A stretch of DNA of 64,000 nt from an uncultured Bacteroidales bacterium (GCA_900317715.1 ONHS01000004.1:18481-82480), one strand, 5' to 3'; shown: positions 33,530 to 43,063, counted from the stretch's first letter. The notes: generated by a model not told the origin, from the sequence alone. Numbers and translations: made by a program.

Positions 33530-35194
33530 ATGAAAAAGAAAAAGAAACAGATTGAGCCGACGAGGCATTTTTTTACATACTACAACCGGACTATTCCTGA
33601 GAATTGGAATTCGCCTGCTCTTACAGATTACAATGGCACAACCAGTTACACCTATGGTGAGATGGCTGCACAGATTGTGAAGCTGCAAATGATGATGCAA
33701 GACTGTGGCTTGGGACGCGGCGATAAGGTCGTGATTTGCAGCCGTAATTGCTCCAATTGGGCGGTCGCGCTACTGGCCATTGCCGCCAATCGTGGTGTTA
33801 TCGTCTCCATCATGGATGCTTTTGCGCCCACCGACATCGAAAATTTGACCAACCACTCGGATGCCAAAGCGATGTTTGTGAGCCAGAACGTATGGAAAAA
33901 CATTGATGTACAGCATTTGGAGAATGTCAACTTGATTCTCGACACCGATGATTTCCAGTTGTTGTACGCACGTGACGAGCAACAGGAGAGGGCTTTCGGG
34001 CAATATAAGGACAAATATCGCGAAAAATATCCGCGCGGACTGAATCGCGAGGACATCAATTTCCCGACCGACAATTTGGACGATTTGATGATCATCAACT
34101 ATACCTCGGGCACTACGGGTGCACCGCGCGGCGCGATGCTGAGCTATCGCAACATCTCCGCCAATGTGCAGTACAGTCAGGAGGAGATCCCCAACCACGC
34201 GGGCTGGACGGAAGTCTGCATGCTGCCTCTTGCACACATGTTCGGGATGACCATCGAATTTCTCTACCAGGTGGCGGGAGGTTGTCACGTCTATTTCTTG
34301 GGTAAAACCCCGTCCCCGGCCACGCTGTTGAAGTGCTACGCCGAGACCAAACCTTACATGATTCTGACGGTGCCGTTGGTGATTGAGAAGATATTCAAGG
34401 CCAAGATTTTCCCCGCTTTGGCGAAACCGAGCGTGAAGGTGCTGTGGAATACACCGATATTGTGCAAAGTGGTAGAGAAAAAGATTTACCAGCAGCTGAT
34501 GAATGCCTTCGGAGGCAACCTGATATGGCTGATCACAGGCGGTGCCGCGCTGAACCAGGAAGTTGAGCGCGTGTTGCGTCGCATCAAGTTCCCGTTGGTG
34601 GTGGGCTACGGCATGACGGAAGCAGGTCCGTTGGTGAGTTACGAGCATTGGTACAAACAGACGCTCGGCTCCTGTGGCAAAGTGGTGACGCGCAACGAAA
34701 TCATGGTCAACTCGCCCAACCCGAGACAAGAAGTCGGCGAAATCCTCTTCCGTGGCGAGCACGTGATGATGGGCTACTACAAGAACGAGGAAGCCACAAA
34801 AGCTGCCATCGACAGCGAAGGTTGGCTGCACACTGGCGACCTCGGACTCATGGACAAGTTGGGCAACATCTATATCAAAGGTCGTAGCAAAGCGATGATT
34901 CTCACCGCCGGCGGCCAAAATATCTATCCCGAGGAGTTGGAGGCCAAACTCAGCAACCTGCCGGGTGTCTCCGAAGCACTGGTGGTGGGTCGCAACGGTA
35001 AGCTCGTGGCGTTGGTCTATCCCGATCCCGCCTTCGATTGGAGCGCCATCTCCGTTGAGGAACAGATGAAACAGAATTTGCAGCAAATCAATACTTTGGT
35101 GGCTAAGTACGAACAGATTGCCGCCATTGAAACCGTCGATCAGGAGTTTGCGAAGACCCCGAAGCGGTCGATCAGGAGGTTCTTGTATAAGTAA
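33530..35194 (+). CDS. long-chain fatty acid--CoA ligase (AMP-binding family)
   Basis: 554 aa. AMP-binding motif (YTSGTTGAPRGAMLSYRN), GYGMTE, and TGDLG...YIKGRSK. Confidence 0.85.
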   Translation: MKKKKKQIEPTRHFFTYYNRTIPENWNSPALTDYNGTTSYTYGEMAAQIVKLQMMMQDCGLGRGDKVVICSRNCSNWAVALLAIAANRGVIVSIMDAFAPTDIENLTNHSDAKAMFVSQNVWKNIDVQHLENVNLILDTDDFQLLYARDEQQERAFGQYKDKYREKYPRGLNREDINFPTDNLDDLMIINYTSGTTGAPRGAMLSYRNISANVQYSQEEIPNHAGWTEVCMLPLAHMFGMTIEFLYQVAGGCHVYFLGKTPSPATLLKCYAETKPYMILTVPLVIEKIFKAKIFPALAKPSVKVLWNTPILCKVVEKKIYQQLMNAFGGNLIWLITGGAALNQEVERVLRRIKFPLVVGYGMTEAGPLVSYEHWYKQTLGSCGKVVTRNEIMVNSPNPRQEVGEILFRGEHVMMGYYKNEEATKAAIDSEGWLHTGDLGLMDKLGNIYIKGRSKAMILTAGGQNIYPEELEAKLSNLPGVSEALVVGRNGKLVALVYPDPAFDWSAISVEEQMKQNLQQINTLVAKYEQIAAIETVDQEFAKTPKRSIRRFLYK

Positions 35195-35238
35195 AAGTAA
35201 GGGCTGCCGCATTGCGACAGCCCTATTCATTTCGCCGA

Positions 35239-37695
35239 CTACCGTCCGCCTTGGCCGCTGCTCTCGCTGGCGGCGCCTTGACGGGCTTGGTTCTCCAGCT
35301 CCATCTTGCCGAATCTGAGCGTGAAGCCCAACGCCACTGTGCGGGAGTTGTATTTGTAAGTGCCGTGCGACACGTAGTACGGACTGTCGTTGTCGAAACC
35401 CCAGCTGTTCCAGTTGAAGATGTCGTTGGCGTTCAGATAGACCGAAAGCATTTTGTCGAAGAAGTCGCAACGCAGACCCGCATTGATGCTGTAGTGGGCG
35501 TGGGTGCTGCTGAACAGAGAAATCGAAGGTGAGCCGTAATAGCCGGACACGTTGATTTCCAGACGTTTCCAAAGCTTAGCCCATACGCTCATGTTGAAGC
35601 TGTATGACCACATCTGCTGCTTGTAGAATTCGTTGTCGTACATCGTTTCTATGTAACGATGATAGACGTTGGCATAGAGGCGTATGTTGAACATGGCGTT
35701 CGGACGGTACATGGTGTTGAGTTCCAAGCCGGTGTTCATCGCCTTGCCCACATTCACGGGATAGGTGAAGGAAACCTGACGTCCGTAAATCTCGTGGTAG
35801 GCGGGAACCGTGATTTCGTCGATGTCCCGGGTTTTGGCGCGGTAGTAGAGCGTCACGCCCACAGAACCGAACTTTTCCCAGTATTTCTGCCAACCCGCTT
35901 CCACGGAATGTGTCAGGATGGAGTTCAGGTCGGGGTTGCCCCCGTAGAAGCTCTCCTCTTCGAATTTGATAAAGCGGGTGAGATTTTCGGCTTCCGGATT
36001 GCTGCTGCGGAAGGTGTAGCTCAAGCGGAAGTTGTGCATCGATTTGGTGCGGTACGACAGGTGCAGCGACGGGCGCACGTGGAAGAAGTGCCGCCGCACA
36101 GCAAAGGTGTCGGGCACGATTTCGGGGTAGAGGATGCTGGTGTAGGTGTGCTCCAAGCGCACTCCAGGCTTGATGGTGAAGTTGCCGAATTTATGCTGCA
36201 ACGTGAAAAACACCTGGTTCTCGACTTCCGGTGCCATGCTCCTGTAGCTTCGCATCTCGTCTTTCACCCAAACCCCATTGTTCAGCGTGTCCAAATAGCT
36301 GTATTCATTGGACTGGGTGTATCCGCCGTAATAGCCAAGCGTAATCTCGCCGTTTTCCGAGTATGGACGGTTGTAGGTCAATTCGGCGCTCAAGTCAAAA
36401 GAGCCGCTGCGGTTTTTCCCGTCCATGTATCGCGTATATTCGGTTGGTGAGAGGTAGATTTTGTCTGTTTTGTCAACATTTCCCCATCCCCAGCTGCTTC
36501 CATTCACATCCAAGGAGATGTTGTGCCCGTTTTGGTCGAAATTGTGCAGATAATAGAACCCGAAACCAGCCCAATGGCTTTTACTTCTGCTCGGAGATGA
36601 CGTTCGATAATGGGTAAGGGAACTGTCGATAAACATTTCGCGATAGACCTCGGAATAGCCGTTGAAGTTGCGCAAGCTCGGCCAAAAACCGCTCCACAAC
36701 GAGATGCTGTTCATGCTGTCGATTTCGTAATCCATGTTGAAATGGAGTCCGCCCCCGAAGTTGTGGCCTCTGGAATAGGTGGAGTCCTTCTCGAAACTCA
36801 CGGTGTCGCGGCCTTCCAACCCGGGTTGGAAAATGGTGATGTCGGACATGTTCTGATACCGATCCATCGAATAGGAGAAGTTGCTGTAGAGGTTGATGGA
36901 GAGCTTTTCGTTGCTCCAAACGTATGAAATCCAAGGACTTGCATACGGTTTGATGGAGGCGTTGGCACCGAAGCTGATAAACTGGTTCTTCATCACCTTG
37001 GTGGTGGTCACAATGTTGATGATGCCGTCGGCTTTGGAACCGTAACGCGCTGAGGGGTTGGTGATGACCTCCACGTGGTCGATGCTGTTGGCGGGCATCT
37101 GCTGGAGGTAGGTCTTGAGGTTCTCGGCGTTCATGTGCGAGGGTTTGTTGTTGATCCATATCTCCACACTGGAAGCGCCGCGCAGGGTGACGTTGCCCTC
37201 CACATCCACGGAAACGCCCGGTGCGTTTTGCAGTACGTCAGAGGCGGTACCGGTCTGCACCGTAGGGTCTTCGGCGGTGTTATAGTAGGTTTTCTCACCA
37301 TCGACGGCGAACAAAGGCCGCTCGCCCTTCACCACCACCTCCCCAATGGTAGCCGTGCCCGGCTTGATCTTGATGGTTCCCAAATCAATGTTTTTATCCA
37401 CCGATAGCGGTCGCACATAGTTCTCGTATCCCACAAAGAAGACCACCATGCGGTAGTTCCCATTCGGTACTGCCTGCAGGGTGAACGCCCCTTTGTCGTC
37501 GGCCGCCGTGTAGGCTACCAGTACGCTGTCGCTCTGCCGCAGTAAACTCACATTGGCGTATTGCACCGGCTTGCCGGAGTTCTCATCCAGCAATTTGCCT
37601 GTAACGGTGCTTTGAGAAAAAACCGACATACTGCAAGCCAACAGGGTCAGCAGGATGCCCAAAGTTCGTCTTGTTTGGTGTTTCAAATGGGTCAT
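35239..37695 (-). CDS. outer-membrane beta-barrel receptor with CarboxypepD_reg N-terminal domain (TonB-dependent-receptor-like)
   Basis: Start at ATG 37695 (MTHLKHQTRRTLGILLTLLACSMSVFSQ), downstream of the -7 box at 37749-37756. N-terminal VTGKLLDENSGKPVQYANV fold, plug-like region, long beta-barrel. Confidence 0.8.
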   Translation of the reverse strand: MTHLKHQTRRTLGILLTLLACSMSVFSQSTVTGKLLDENSGKPVQYANVSLLRQSDSVLVAYTAADDKGAFTLQAVPNGNYRMVVFFVGYENYVRPLSVDKNIDLGTIKIKPGTATIGEVVVKGERPLFAVDGEKTYYNTAEDPTVQTGTASDVLQNAPGVSVDVEGNVTLRGASSVEIWINNKPSHMNAENLKTYLQQMPANSIDHVEVITNPSARYGSKADGIINIVTTTKVMKNQFISFGANASIKPYASPWISYVWSNEKLSINLYSNFSYSMDRYQNMSDITIFQPGLEGRDTVSFEKDSTYSRGHNFGGGLHFNMDYEIDSMNSISLWSGFWPSLRNFNGYSEVYREMFIDSSLTHYRTSSPSRSKSHWAGFGFYYLHNFDQNGHNISLDVNGSSWGWGNVDKTDKIYLSPTEYTRYMDGKNRSGSFDLSAELTYNRPYSENGEITLGYYGGYTQSNEYSYLDTLNNGVWVKDEMRSYRSMAPEVENQVFFTLQHKFGNFTIKPGVRLEHTYTSILYPEIVPDTFAVRRHFFHVRPSLHLSYRTKSMHNFRLSYTFRSSNPEAENLTRFIKFEEESFYGGNPDLNSILTHSVEAGWQKYWEKFGSVGVTLYYRAKTRDIDEITVPAYHEIYGRQVSFTYPVNVGKAMNTGLELNTMYRPNAMFNIRLYANVYHRYIETMYDNEFYKQQMWSYSFNMSVWAKLWKRLEINVSGYYGSPSISLFSSTHAHYSINAGLRCDFFDKMLSVYLNANDIFNWNSWGFDNDSPYYVSHGTYKYNSRTVALGFTLRFGKMELENQARQGAASESSGQGGR

Positions 37696-37748
37696 ATCTT
37701 TGATTTTTAAATGGTTAATCTCGATTGTCTTTTTTCTGAAAAAGTTTG

Positions 37749-37756
37749 CAAACATA
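37749..37756 (-). promoter_or_regulatory. -7 box TAtgTTTG for the OM receptor gene
   Basis: The reverse complement of caaacata matches. Lies 54 nt upstream of ATG 37695. Confidence 0.5.
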
Positions 37757-37914
37757 TACAAAATTATAATATAAGAGACGTCGTTTATCTTTTTCCTCAT
37801 TACATATCCTTAGACACAAAAGTGCGCGTTTTCTTACATTTTATAGACGAAAAAATACGATTATCGTGCCAAACTTTATAATATGTTGGATGACAATGTG
37901 TTATATATTGTAAA

Positions 37915-37951
37915 AACGGGATTGTCCGTCAAATTTTTGGACAACCCCGTT
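37915..37951 (-). terminator. terminator for the 38121-39659 gene (bidirectional type)
   Basis: AACGGGATTGTCC-N11-GGACAACCCCGTT (13 bp, 1 mismatch), flanked by an A-run and a T-run. Confidence 0.7.
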
Positions 37952-37980
37952 TGATTTTGTATGTTTTTTGTACATTTTTG

Positions 37981-37988
37981 TACATTTG
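37981..37988 (+). promoter_or_regulatory. orphan -7 box TAcaTTTG with TTTG about 21 nt upstream; no plus-strand ORF downstream
   Basis: tacatttg preceded by tttg at 37956-37959, and followed by two hairpins and a T-run (see findings). Confidence 0.3.
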
Positions 37989-38099
37989 TATTCCTAGGGC
38001 TCGCTATCGCTCACCCTAGGCTGACACGTGGTCGGGCTTTCAGCCCTTTTTGGAAAATGTTTTTAATGTATTTTTTGTTTAACGTATGTACTACCACGT

Positions 38100-38127
38100 T
38101 AACTGCTAACTACTAACTGCTCACTCC
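38100..38127. repeat. heptanucleotide array (TAACTGC, TAACTAC, TAACTGC, TCACTCC)
   Basis: On the minus strand it reads CAGTTAG-type units directly after the stop of the 38121-39659 gene. Confidence 0.8.
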
Positions 38128-39659
38128 TCGATTGCGTATTTCGTCATATAGACCTCGCCGCCTCTGATGCCGGAGGCGTAGAAGTTGTCGCCGTCGGTGA
38201 AATCCACATAGCGGAGCAGCTGCTTGGTCTCAGGGAATACGCGCTGAGTGAGTTTCTGGTCGGGGGTGAGGCGCATCAGCACGCTTTTCCAGTTGTTGGT
38301 GATACCGAAACCGGCGAAAGTGCAGACCGCATCCTTTCCGGGGTAGGGGATGTTCTTGGTGTCGTCGTTGAAGAGGAAGTACATATCGTCCCCATGGGCG
38401 AAGGCGGTGTAGGAGACGCAGACGGGCCGCCAGTCGTCGTCAGGGAAGGTGCCCTTGGACGACATCTGTTGCTTCTCCACCATGGTGAAGTTGGACGTGC
38501 CGTCGGTCTTGAGGGTGGAGACCAGTATGTTTTTGGTGAGCATCTGGTAGGTGTAGCTGTGCATGTTGCCGTCATAAATCTCCTTGATGAAGCGGTGTTC
38601 GCCGCAAAGCACCAGATTGCCGTTTGCCAACTCGAAGATGTCGCCCGCGCTGATGGAGTACTGCTGGTTGCCGAGTACGGAGGAGAAACGGGCCCACGCC
38701 GTCTTCTCCACGTAGTCGCTGGCGAAGGGGAAGTTTTTCAGGTCAGTGATGTTCTCCGACTTAGTGTCGAACTTGTAAAAGTAGTAGCCGCTCGTCTGAA
38801 TGGCGGTGTTGGTCATGGATTCTGTGTAGTAGCCCGCAACGGCGATGTTGCCGTCCTTGAGCACCTTGGCGGTGAAATTCTGCGGGGTGCCGAAGCTCAC
38901 TTCCTCCGTGTAGGTTTCGGTGCCGTCTTCGGTGGTCTTGGTCATCATAAGGTTGACATTGGATATGTTCTTGCCGCTCACCTGGCAGGTGTAGGCCGGC
39001 AGGTAGAGGGTACCGTTGTTGTCCATCGTGAGGTTGCCCAACGAGAAGCTCTTTCCTCCGAATTCTGGGGTGACGGCCCCGTTCCACACGACCTCGCCTT
39101 GGTTGTTGATTACCAATGCGGAAAGGCTCTCTAACTGGCTGTCTTTTCCGGTGACCATCACTAATACCGCCAGCAGCTTGCCGTCCGGAGATTTGGCGGT
39201 CTTGAACTCCGGCCAGTATTTGGCGTTGGTCGGAACGGTAACCGTAGTGGCATTGTCCAAAGTCACCTGCTTGGCGTTTCTGTCAATATTGGCGATGGTG
39301 AAGATGGCTTGGTCACCCTTCTTGGACAGGCTCTGGTACAATGCGATGACTCCGTCCTCGGAAAGGATGGCATCCAGCATCGTGTGGGTGTTGGGTGTGG
39401 TGACGGGAATATCCGTTTTGGCCATCGTGTTCTTGTCGATGAAGAAAACATGCTCGGTCCAGGTTTTCGGTTTGAAAGAGTCTGAATGACGGGGCGACAG
39501 GTAGTAGTAGAGGGTCTCTTCATCCTGTCCGATGGATGTTCCGATGATAGTGGAACGTCTGATCCAACAATTGGAGAAAGGTTCGCAAAGCGTTACGCTT
39601 TGTGCCATCATGCTGATCGACAGCGCGATAAAAACGGTTAAAAAGGTTAATTTTTTCAT
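38121..39659 (-). CDS. hypothetical secreted protein (beta-rich, no family recognised)
   Basis: 512 aa. Signal peptide (LSISMMAQ). Coding-like composition throughout, with its own -7 box and terminator. Confidence 0.6.
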   Translation of the reverse strand: MKKLTFLTVFIALSISMMAQSVTLCEPFSNCWIRRSTIIGTSIGQDEETLYYYLSPRHSDSFKPKTWTEHVFFIDKNTMAKTDIPVTTPNTHTMLDAILSEDGVIALYQSLSKKGDQAIFTIANIDRNAKQVTLDNATTVTVPTNAKYWPEFKTAKSPDGKLLAVLVMVTGKDSQLESLSALVINNQGEVVWNGAVTPEFGGKSFSLGNLTMDNNGTLYLPAYTCQVSGKNISNVNLMMTKTTEDGTETYTEEVSFGTPQNFTAKVLKDGNIAVAGYYTESMTNTAIQTSGYYFYKFDTKSENITDLKNFPFASDYVEKTAWARFSSVLGNQQYSISAGDIFELANGNLVLCGEHRFIKEIYDGNMHSYTYQMLTKNILVSTLKTDGTSNFTMVEKQQMSSKGTFPDDDWRPVCVSYTAFAHGDDMYFLFNDDTKNIPYPGKDAVCTFAGFGITNNWKSVLMRLTPDQKLTQRVFPETKQLLRYVDFTDGDNFYASGIRGGEVYMTKYAIEE

Positions 39660-39707
39660 ATTTTATAATTTTATTGTTTTATCCAATACGTCTTTTTTTT
39701 GAGGGTG

Positions 39708-39715
39708 CAAAAGTA
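39708..39715 (-). promoter_or_regulatory. -7 box TActTTTG for the 38121-39659 gene
   Basis: The reverse complement of caaaagta matches. Lies 49 nt upstream of ATG 39659. Confidence 0.55.
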
Positions 39716-39854
39716 ATAAACTTTTAGAATAGGATGCAAGAAATCGAAAAGGTTGCAGTGGGTTGAAAAATTTTTTTTTCACGAGATGTTTCTTGGTTTC
39801 TTGACATTTCAATAAAAAACCATCTATGTATCAATAGGATATGCAAAAATTTTG

Positions 39855-39862
39855 TATTTTCG
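39855..39862 (+). promoter_or_regulatory. variant -7 box TAttTTCG for SulP
   Basis: ttgtattttcgcgcc, 73 nt before ATG 39935. Confidence 0.4.
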
Positions 39863-39934
39863 CGCCCAATTTCAAAAGGCGGGAATTTGACCGCGATTTG
39901 ATTTTTAATGTGTTGAATATAAAAAAGTTAAGAT

Positions 39935-41638
39935 ATGGCATTTATTAAAACTGACAACTTAAAAGGAGACATATTTGGCGGCATTACCGCGGGAATCGTG
40001 GCCTTGCCGCTGGCTTTAGCATTCGGTATTCAGGCGTTTGGAGGCATCGACGATCCTGCGGCCAGCTCCATGGGCGCACTCGCGGGCCTCGTGGGCGCAA
40101 CCTTTTTGGGCTTTTTCGCCTCTCTCTTCGGCGGCACCCACTCGCAAATCAGCGGACCTACGGGTCCCATGACCGTCATCACCGCATCGTTGCTCAGCGG
40201 TGTGTGGGCGGCGCAACACTCCATGAGCGCGGTGCTCATCAGCATGTCGCTCGCCGGCCTCTTCTGCGGTCTCTTCCAGATTCTCTTCGGAATCCTGAAA
40301 ATCGGCAAATACGTACGATACATCCCTTATCCCGTGCTCTCCGGCTTCATGAGCGGTATCGGTGTCATCATCATTATCCAACAGTTGTATCCCCTAATTG
40401 GTTGTAAATCACCAGTTTTGGTGGTTGATATGATTACCCAATTGCCAGAGCGTATTGCCGACGGCATTTCTATCACCGCATTGTTGCTGGGTTTGGGCAC
40501 GATTGCCATTATCTACCTTTTCCCTCTGATTACCAAGAAGATACCTGCTACTTTGGTGGCCCTCTTGGTAATGACCATCATCTCCCTCTTCCTCAATATG
40601 GATGAAAAACTGCTCATCGGCCAAATTCCTTCTGGATTCCCGATGCCTTTCTTCGCGAAAGAGGGTCTTAACTTAGGCGAAATTGACTGGGGTGTGGTAC
40701 TGAAAGCCTCTGTGATTCCGGGGCTTACGCTTGCCGGTTTGGGCAGCATCGACACGTTGCTTACCTCTGTGGTGGCCGACAATATCACCAAGACGCAGCA
40801 TAACAGCAATCGCGAGCTGATAGGGCAGGGTATAGGCAATATGGTGAGCGGTCTGTTCTGCGGTATCAGCGGCGCAGGCGCCACCATGCGTACGGTTGTG
40901 AATGTGAAGAGCGGCGGTCGCACCCAAATCAGCGGTATGACCCATTCTCTGCTGTTGTTGGCCGTGTTGCTCGGTTTGGGCAGCCTTGTGAAATACGTTC
41001 CGCTGTCCGTTTTGGCTGGCATCCTGATCACCGTCGGTTGGGGAATCATCGATTTCAAAGGATTCAAGGATCTTCTCAAGATTCCGCGCGCCGATGCAGT
41101 CGTCCTCGTCATCGTGTTCTTGCTCACCGTTTTCGTGGATTTGCTCACGGCGGTCGGTATCGGTATGGTGATTGCTTGCGTGCTCTTCATGAAGCGCGCC
41201 AGCGACCTTGTGGAAGGCGGTTACAGCTCCTCCGAGATGACCAATTTCGACAAGGAGAGCCCGTGGCAGGATGAAGGCGGCATGCCGGATAAAGTGCAGC
41301 ATAAGATTTACATCCAACGTTTGAACGGCCCCATCTTCTTCGGCACCATCACCAAGTTCCAGCATGTGATGAACGACGTGCCCGAGGATGCCAAAGTCGT
41401 CATTATCCGTATGCGCCTGGTGAGCTTCATGGACCAATCCGGATTGTACGCCATGGAGACCGCCATCAAGGAGCTACAGGCCCGCGGCGTGCTGGTGCTG
41501 ATGACCATCATCCAACCGCAGCCCATGTACATGCTCAAGACCATGAACGTCATCCCGCTGATCGTCCCCGAAGAGCACACCTTCGCCACATTTGAAGACT
41601 GCACCGACTATCTGAAAGAGAGGTTTGAGAATTCATAA
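39935..41638 (+). CDS. SulP-family inorganic anion transporter with C-terminal STAS domain
   Basis: 567 aa. The N-terminus DIFGGITAGIVALPLALAFG and polytopic core are followed by a STAS-like tail (IYIQRLNGPIFFGT...VVIIRMRLVSFMDQSGL). Confidence 0.9.
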   Translation: MAFIKTDNLKGDIFGGITAGIVALPLALAFGIQAFGGIDDPAASSMGALAGLVGATFLGFFASLFGGTHSQISGPTGPMTVITASLLSGVWAAQHSMSAVLISMSLAGLFCGLFQILFGILKIGKYVRYIPYPVLSGFMSGIGVIIIIQQLYPLIGCKSPVLVVDMITQLPERIADGISITALLLGLGTIAIIYLFPLITKKIPATLVALLVMTIISLFLNMDEKLLIGQIPSGFPMPFFAKEGLNLGEIDWGVVLKASVIPGLTLAGLGSIDTLLTSVVADNITKTQHNSNRELIGQGIGNMVSGLFCGISGAGATMRTVVNVKSGGRTQISGMTHSLLLLAVLLGLGSLVKYVPLSVLAGILITVGWGIIDFKGFKDLLKIPRADAVVLVIVFLLTVFVDLLTAVGIGMVIACVLFMKRASDLVEGGYSSSEMTNFDKESPWQDEGGMPDKVQHKIYIQRLNGPIFFGTITKFQHVMNDVPEDAKVVIIRMRLVSFMDQSGLYAMETAIKELQARGVLVLMTIIQPQPMYMLKTMNVIPLIVPEEHTFATFEDCTDYLKERFENS

Positions 41639-41658
41639 TTCATAATTCATAATTCATA
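41631..41658. repeat. heptanucleotide array (ATTCATA x4)
   Basis: Contains the SulP stop codon (TAA 41636-41638). Confidence 0.85.
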
Positions 41659-41712
41659 ATGGGGTGTTTAAACTTCTTAAGTCGTGGGGAGTCTAAACAT
41701 ATTATTAAGCAG

Positions 41713-41738
41713 CCCCGTTAGGGGCAAGAGCTTGGTAG
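41713..41738. repeat. 26-nt element, copy 3 (inverted)
   Basis: The reverse complement reads ctaccaagctcttgcccctaacgggg. Confidence 0.7.
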
Positions 41739-41778
41739 TAGTAGTAGCAAACGAACAAATTAAAAAACAATATCAAAT

Positions 41779-42342
41779 ATGAAAAGATTGATTTTATTGG
41801 CTTTAGTGAGCCTGATCACGCTGGGTGCAAGTGCTCAGCAGACCAAAGCGGCCTCCAAGAATGAGCAGACCGTGACGATTCAAACCAACGGCGTTTGTCA
41901 GAAATGTGCAGACAAGTTCGCAGAGAATGTCCCTTATTTCAAGGGCGTTAAGTCTTACACCTACGACATGAAGACCGCGAAGCTGACGATTACCTATGAT
42001 TCAAAGAAAACCAATCCTGACCAGTTGCGTCAGCAAATCAGCAAGTTAGGTTACAATGCTGACGATGTGAAGGCTGATGCTGCTGCACGTGCCAAACTGC
42101 CTGCTTGCTGCCGTGTGGAAAAGAGCACGAGCGGTTGTGGTGGCTGTTCCGGTCACGGCAACGGTCAAGGCTGCGGTAATCATGGCAACGGCCAAGGATG
42201 CGGTAACCATGGAAATGCTCAGAAGAGCTGCAGCGGCCACAGCAATGGTCAAGGCTGCGGAAATCACGGTGATGCTCAAAAGAGCTGCGGTAACCACGGT
42301 AATGGCCAAGGTTGCGGCAATCACACCGACCAAAAGAAATAA
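41779..42342 (+). CDS. heavy-metal-associated (HMA) domain protein with Cys/His/Gly-rich repeat tail
   Basis: Signal peptide. HMA-like fold with GVCQKC in place of GMxCxxC. The C-terminal approximately 70 aa consist of CGNHGNGQG / CGNHG(N/D)AQKS repeats. Confidence 0.7.
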   Translation: MKRLILLALVSLITLGASAQQTKAASKNEQTVTIQTNGVCQKCADKFAENVPYFKGVKSYTYDMKTAKLTITYDSKKTNPDQLRQQISKLGYNADDVKADAAARAKLPACCRVEKSTSGCGGCSGHGNGQGCGNHGNGQGCGNHGNAQKSCSGHSNGQGCGNHGDAQKSCGNHGNGQGCGNHTDQKK

Positions 42343-42369
42343 TTCGTCAGGTTACAATTAACGAAAAAG

Positions 42370-42406
42370 GAGCATGGGGTTCGTAAGGGTCTCATGCTTT
42401 TTTTTG
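42370..42406 (+). terminator. candidate terminator after the HMA gene
   Basis: GAGCATG-N16-CATGCTT followed by T8. Large loop. Confidence 0.45.
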
Positions 42407-42996
42407 TATCTTTGCACCGTCAAAATACATCGGATCACCGCATGGCAAAGGTCAAAACAAACATCTACATGGGAATCTGTGATCTGTAACAATGAGGAAA
42501 CAACCAATGCAATCTTTAACGAAGGCATCAGCTCTTTGGTGAAATACCCCATCGGCATACAGACATTCGAGAAGATTCGCACGGAAGGTTACGCCAGGTG
42601 ATGGGGAAGCTGGAAATCTATTTCCAGAACACGTTGTCGGTCATCTTCAAGCTGATGGGGTTGTATGTACAGGTGGAGCGTCACACGAGCCGCGGCCGCA
42701 TGGACGTGACCATCCAGACTCGCGACTATGTCTATGTCATGGAGTTGAAAGTCGATAAGTCCGCTGACGAGGCCCTGAAGCAGATTGAGGACAAACAGTA
42801 CGCCGCCCCCTTCGCCGCCGACCCGAAGCAGTTGTTCAAAGTCGGGGTCTGTTTCGGCAGCGAAAGCAAGGGCATTGTTTGCCACTCTCTGTCCGGCCAA
42901 CAACAAAAACCCTATTGGATGCTCTACGGTCTCGACCAGTTGTTGCATCAGTTGGTGATTGTCGGGATTTGGTATTGTTGCTGCATGAACTTCTGA
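42374..42996 (+). pseudogene. internally deleted paralog of the AAA-ATPase-like / PD-(D/E)XK (DUF1703-type) gene
   Basis: One frame ends KYPIGIQTFEKIRTEGYAR*, which matches the N-terminus of the family (compare KYPVGIQTFSRLREEGY at 43.08 kb). The next frame continues with the C-terminal nuclease part RGRMDVTIQTRDYVYVMELKVDKSADEALKQIEDKQY. About 400 codons of the middle are missing. Confidence 0.7.
42407..42414 (+). promoter_or_regulatory. -7 box TAtcTTTG upstream of the decayed AAA-ATPase-like paralog
   Basis: tatctttg. Confidence 0.5.
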
Positions 42997-43035
42997 GAAA
43001 TAACATTAGAAGTTGCGCCCGACACGGATTTTTTG

Positions 43036-43043
43036 TATCTTTG
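43036..43043 (+). promoter_or_regulatory. -7 box TAtcTTTG for the intact AAA-ATPase-like gene
   Basis: tatctttg, 21 nt before ATG 43064. Confidence 0.6.
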
Positions 43044-43063
43044 CGCCGTTAAAACCCGTACTG

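Noticed and set aside
33770-35572. 600-aa minus-strand ORF covering the fatty-acid CoA ligase gene and extending into the OM receptor gene
   Set aside because: It is antisense to a gene with clear AMP-binding motifs. Its translation is Arg/Gly/His/Gln-rich with no motifs. This is a typical shadow ORF produced by the high third-position GC of the real gene.
42130-42320. DNA tandem repeats in the HMA gene tail as a slippage-type contingency locus
   Set aside because: The units differ at many synonymous positions and are not identical at the DNA level, so frequent slippage is unlikely. It is reported as a protein-level repeat instead.
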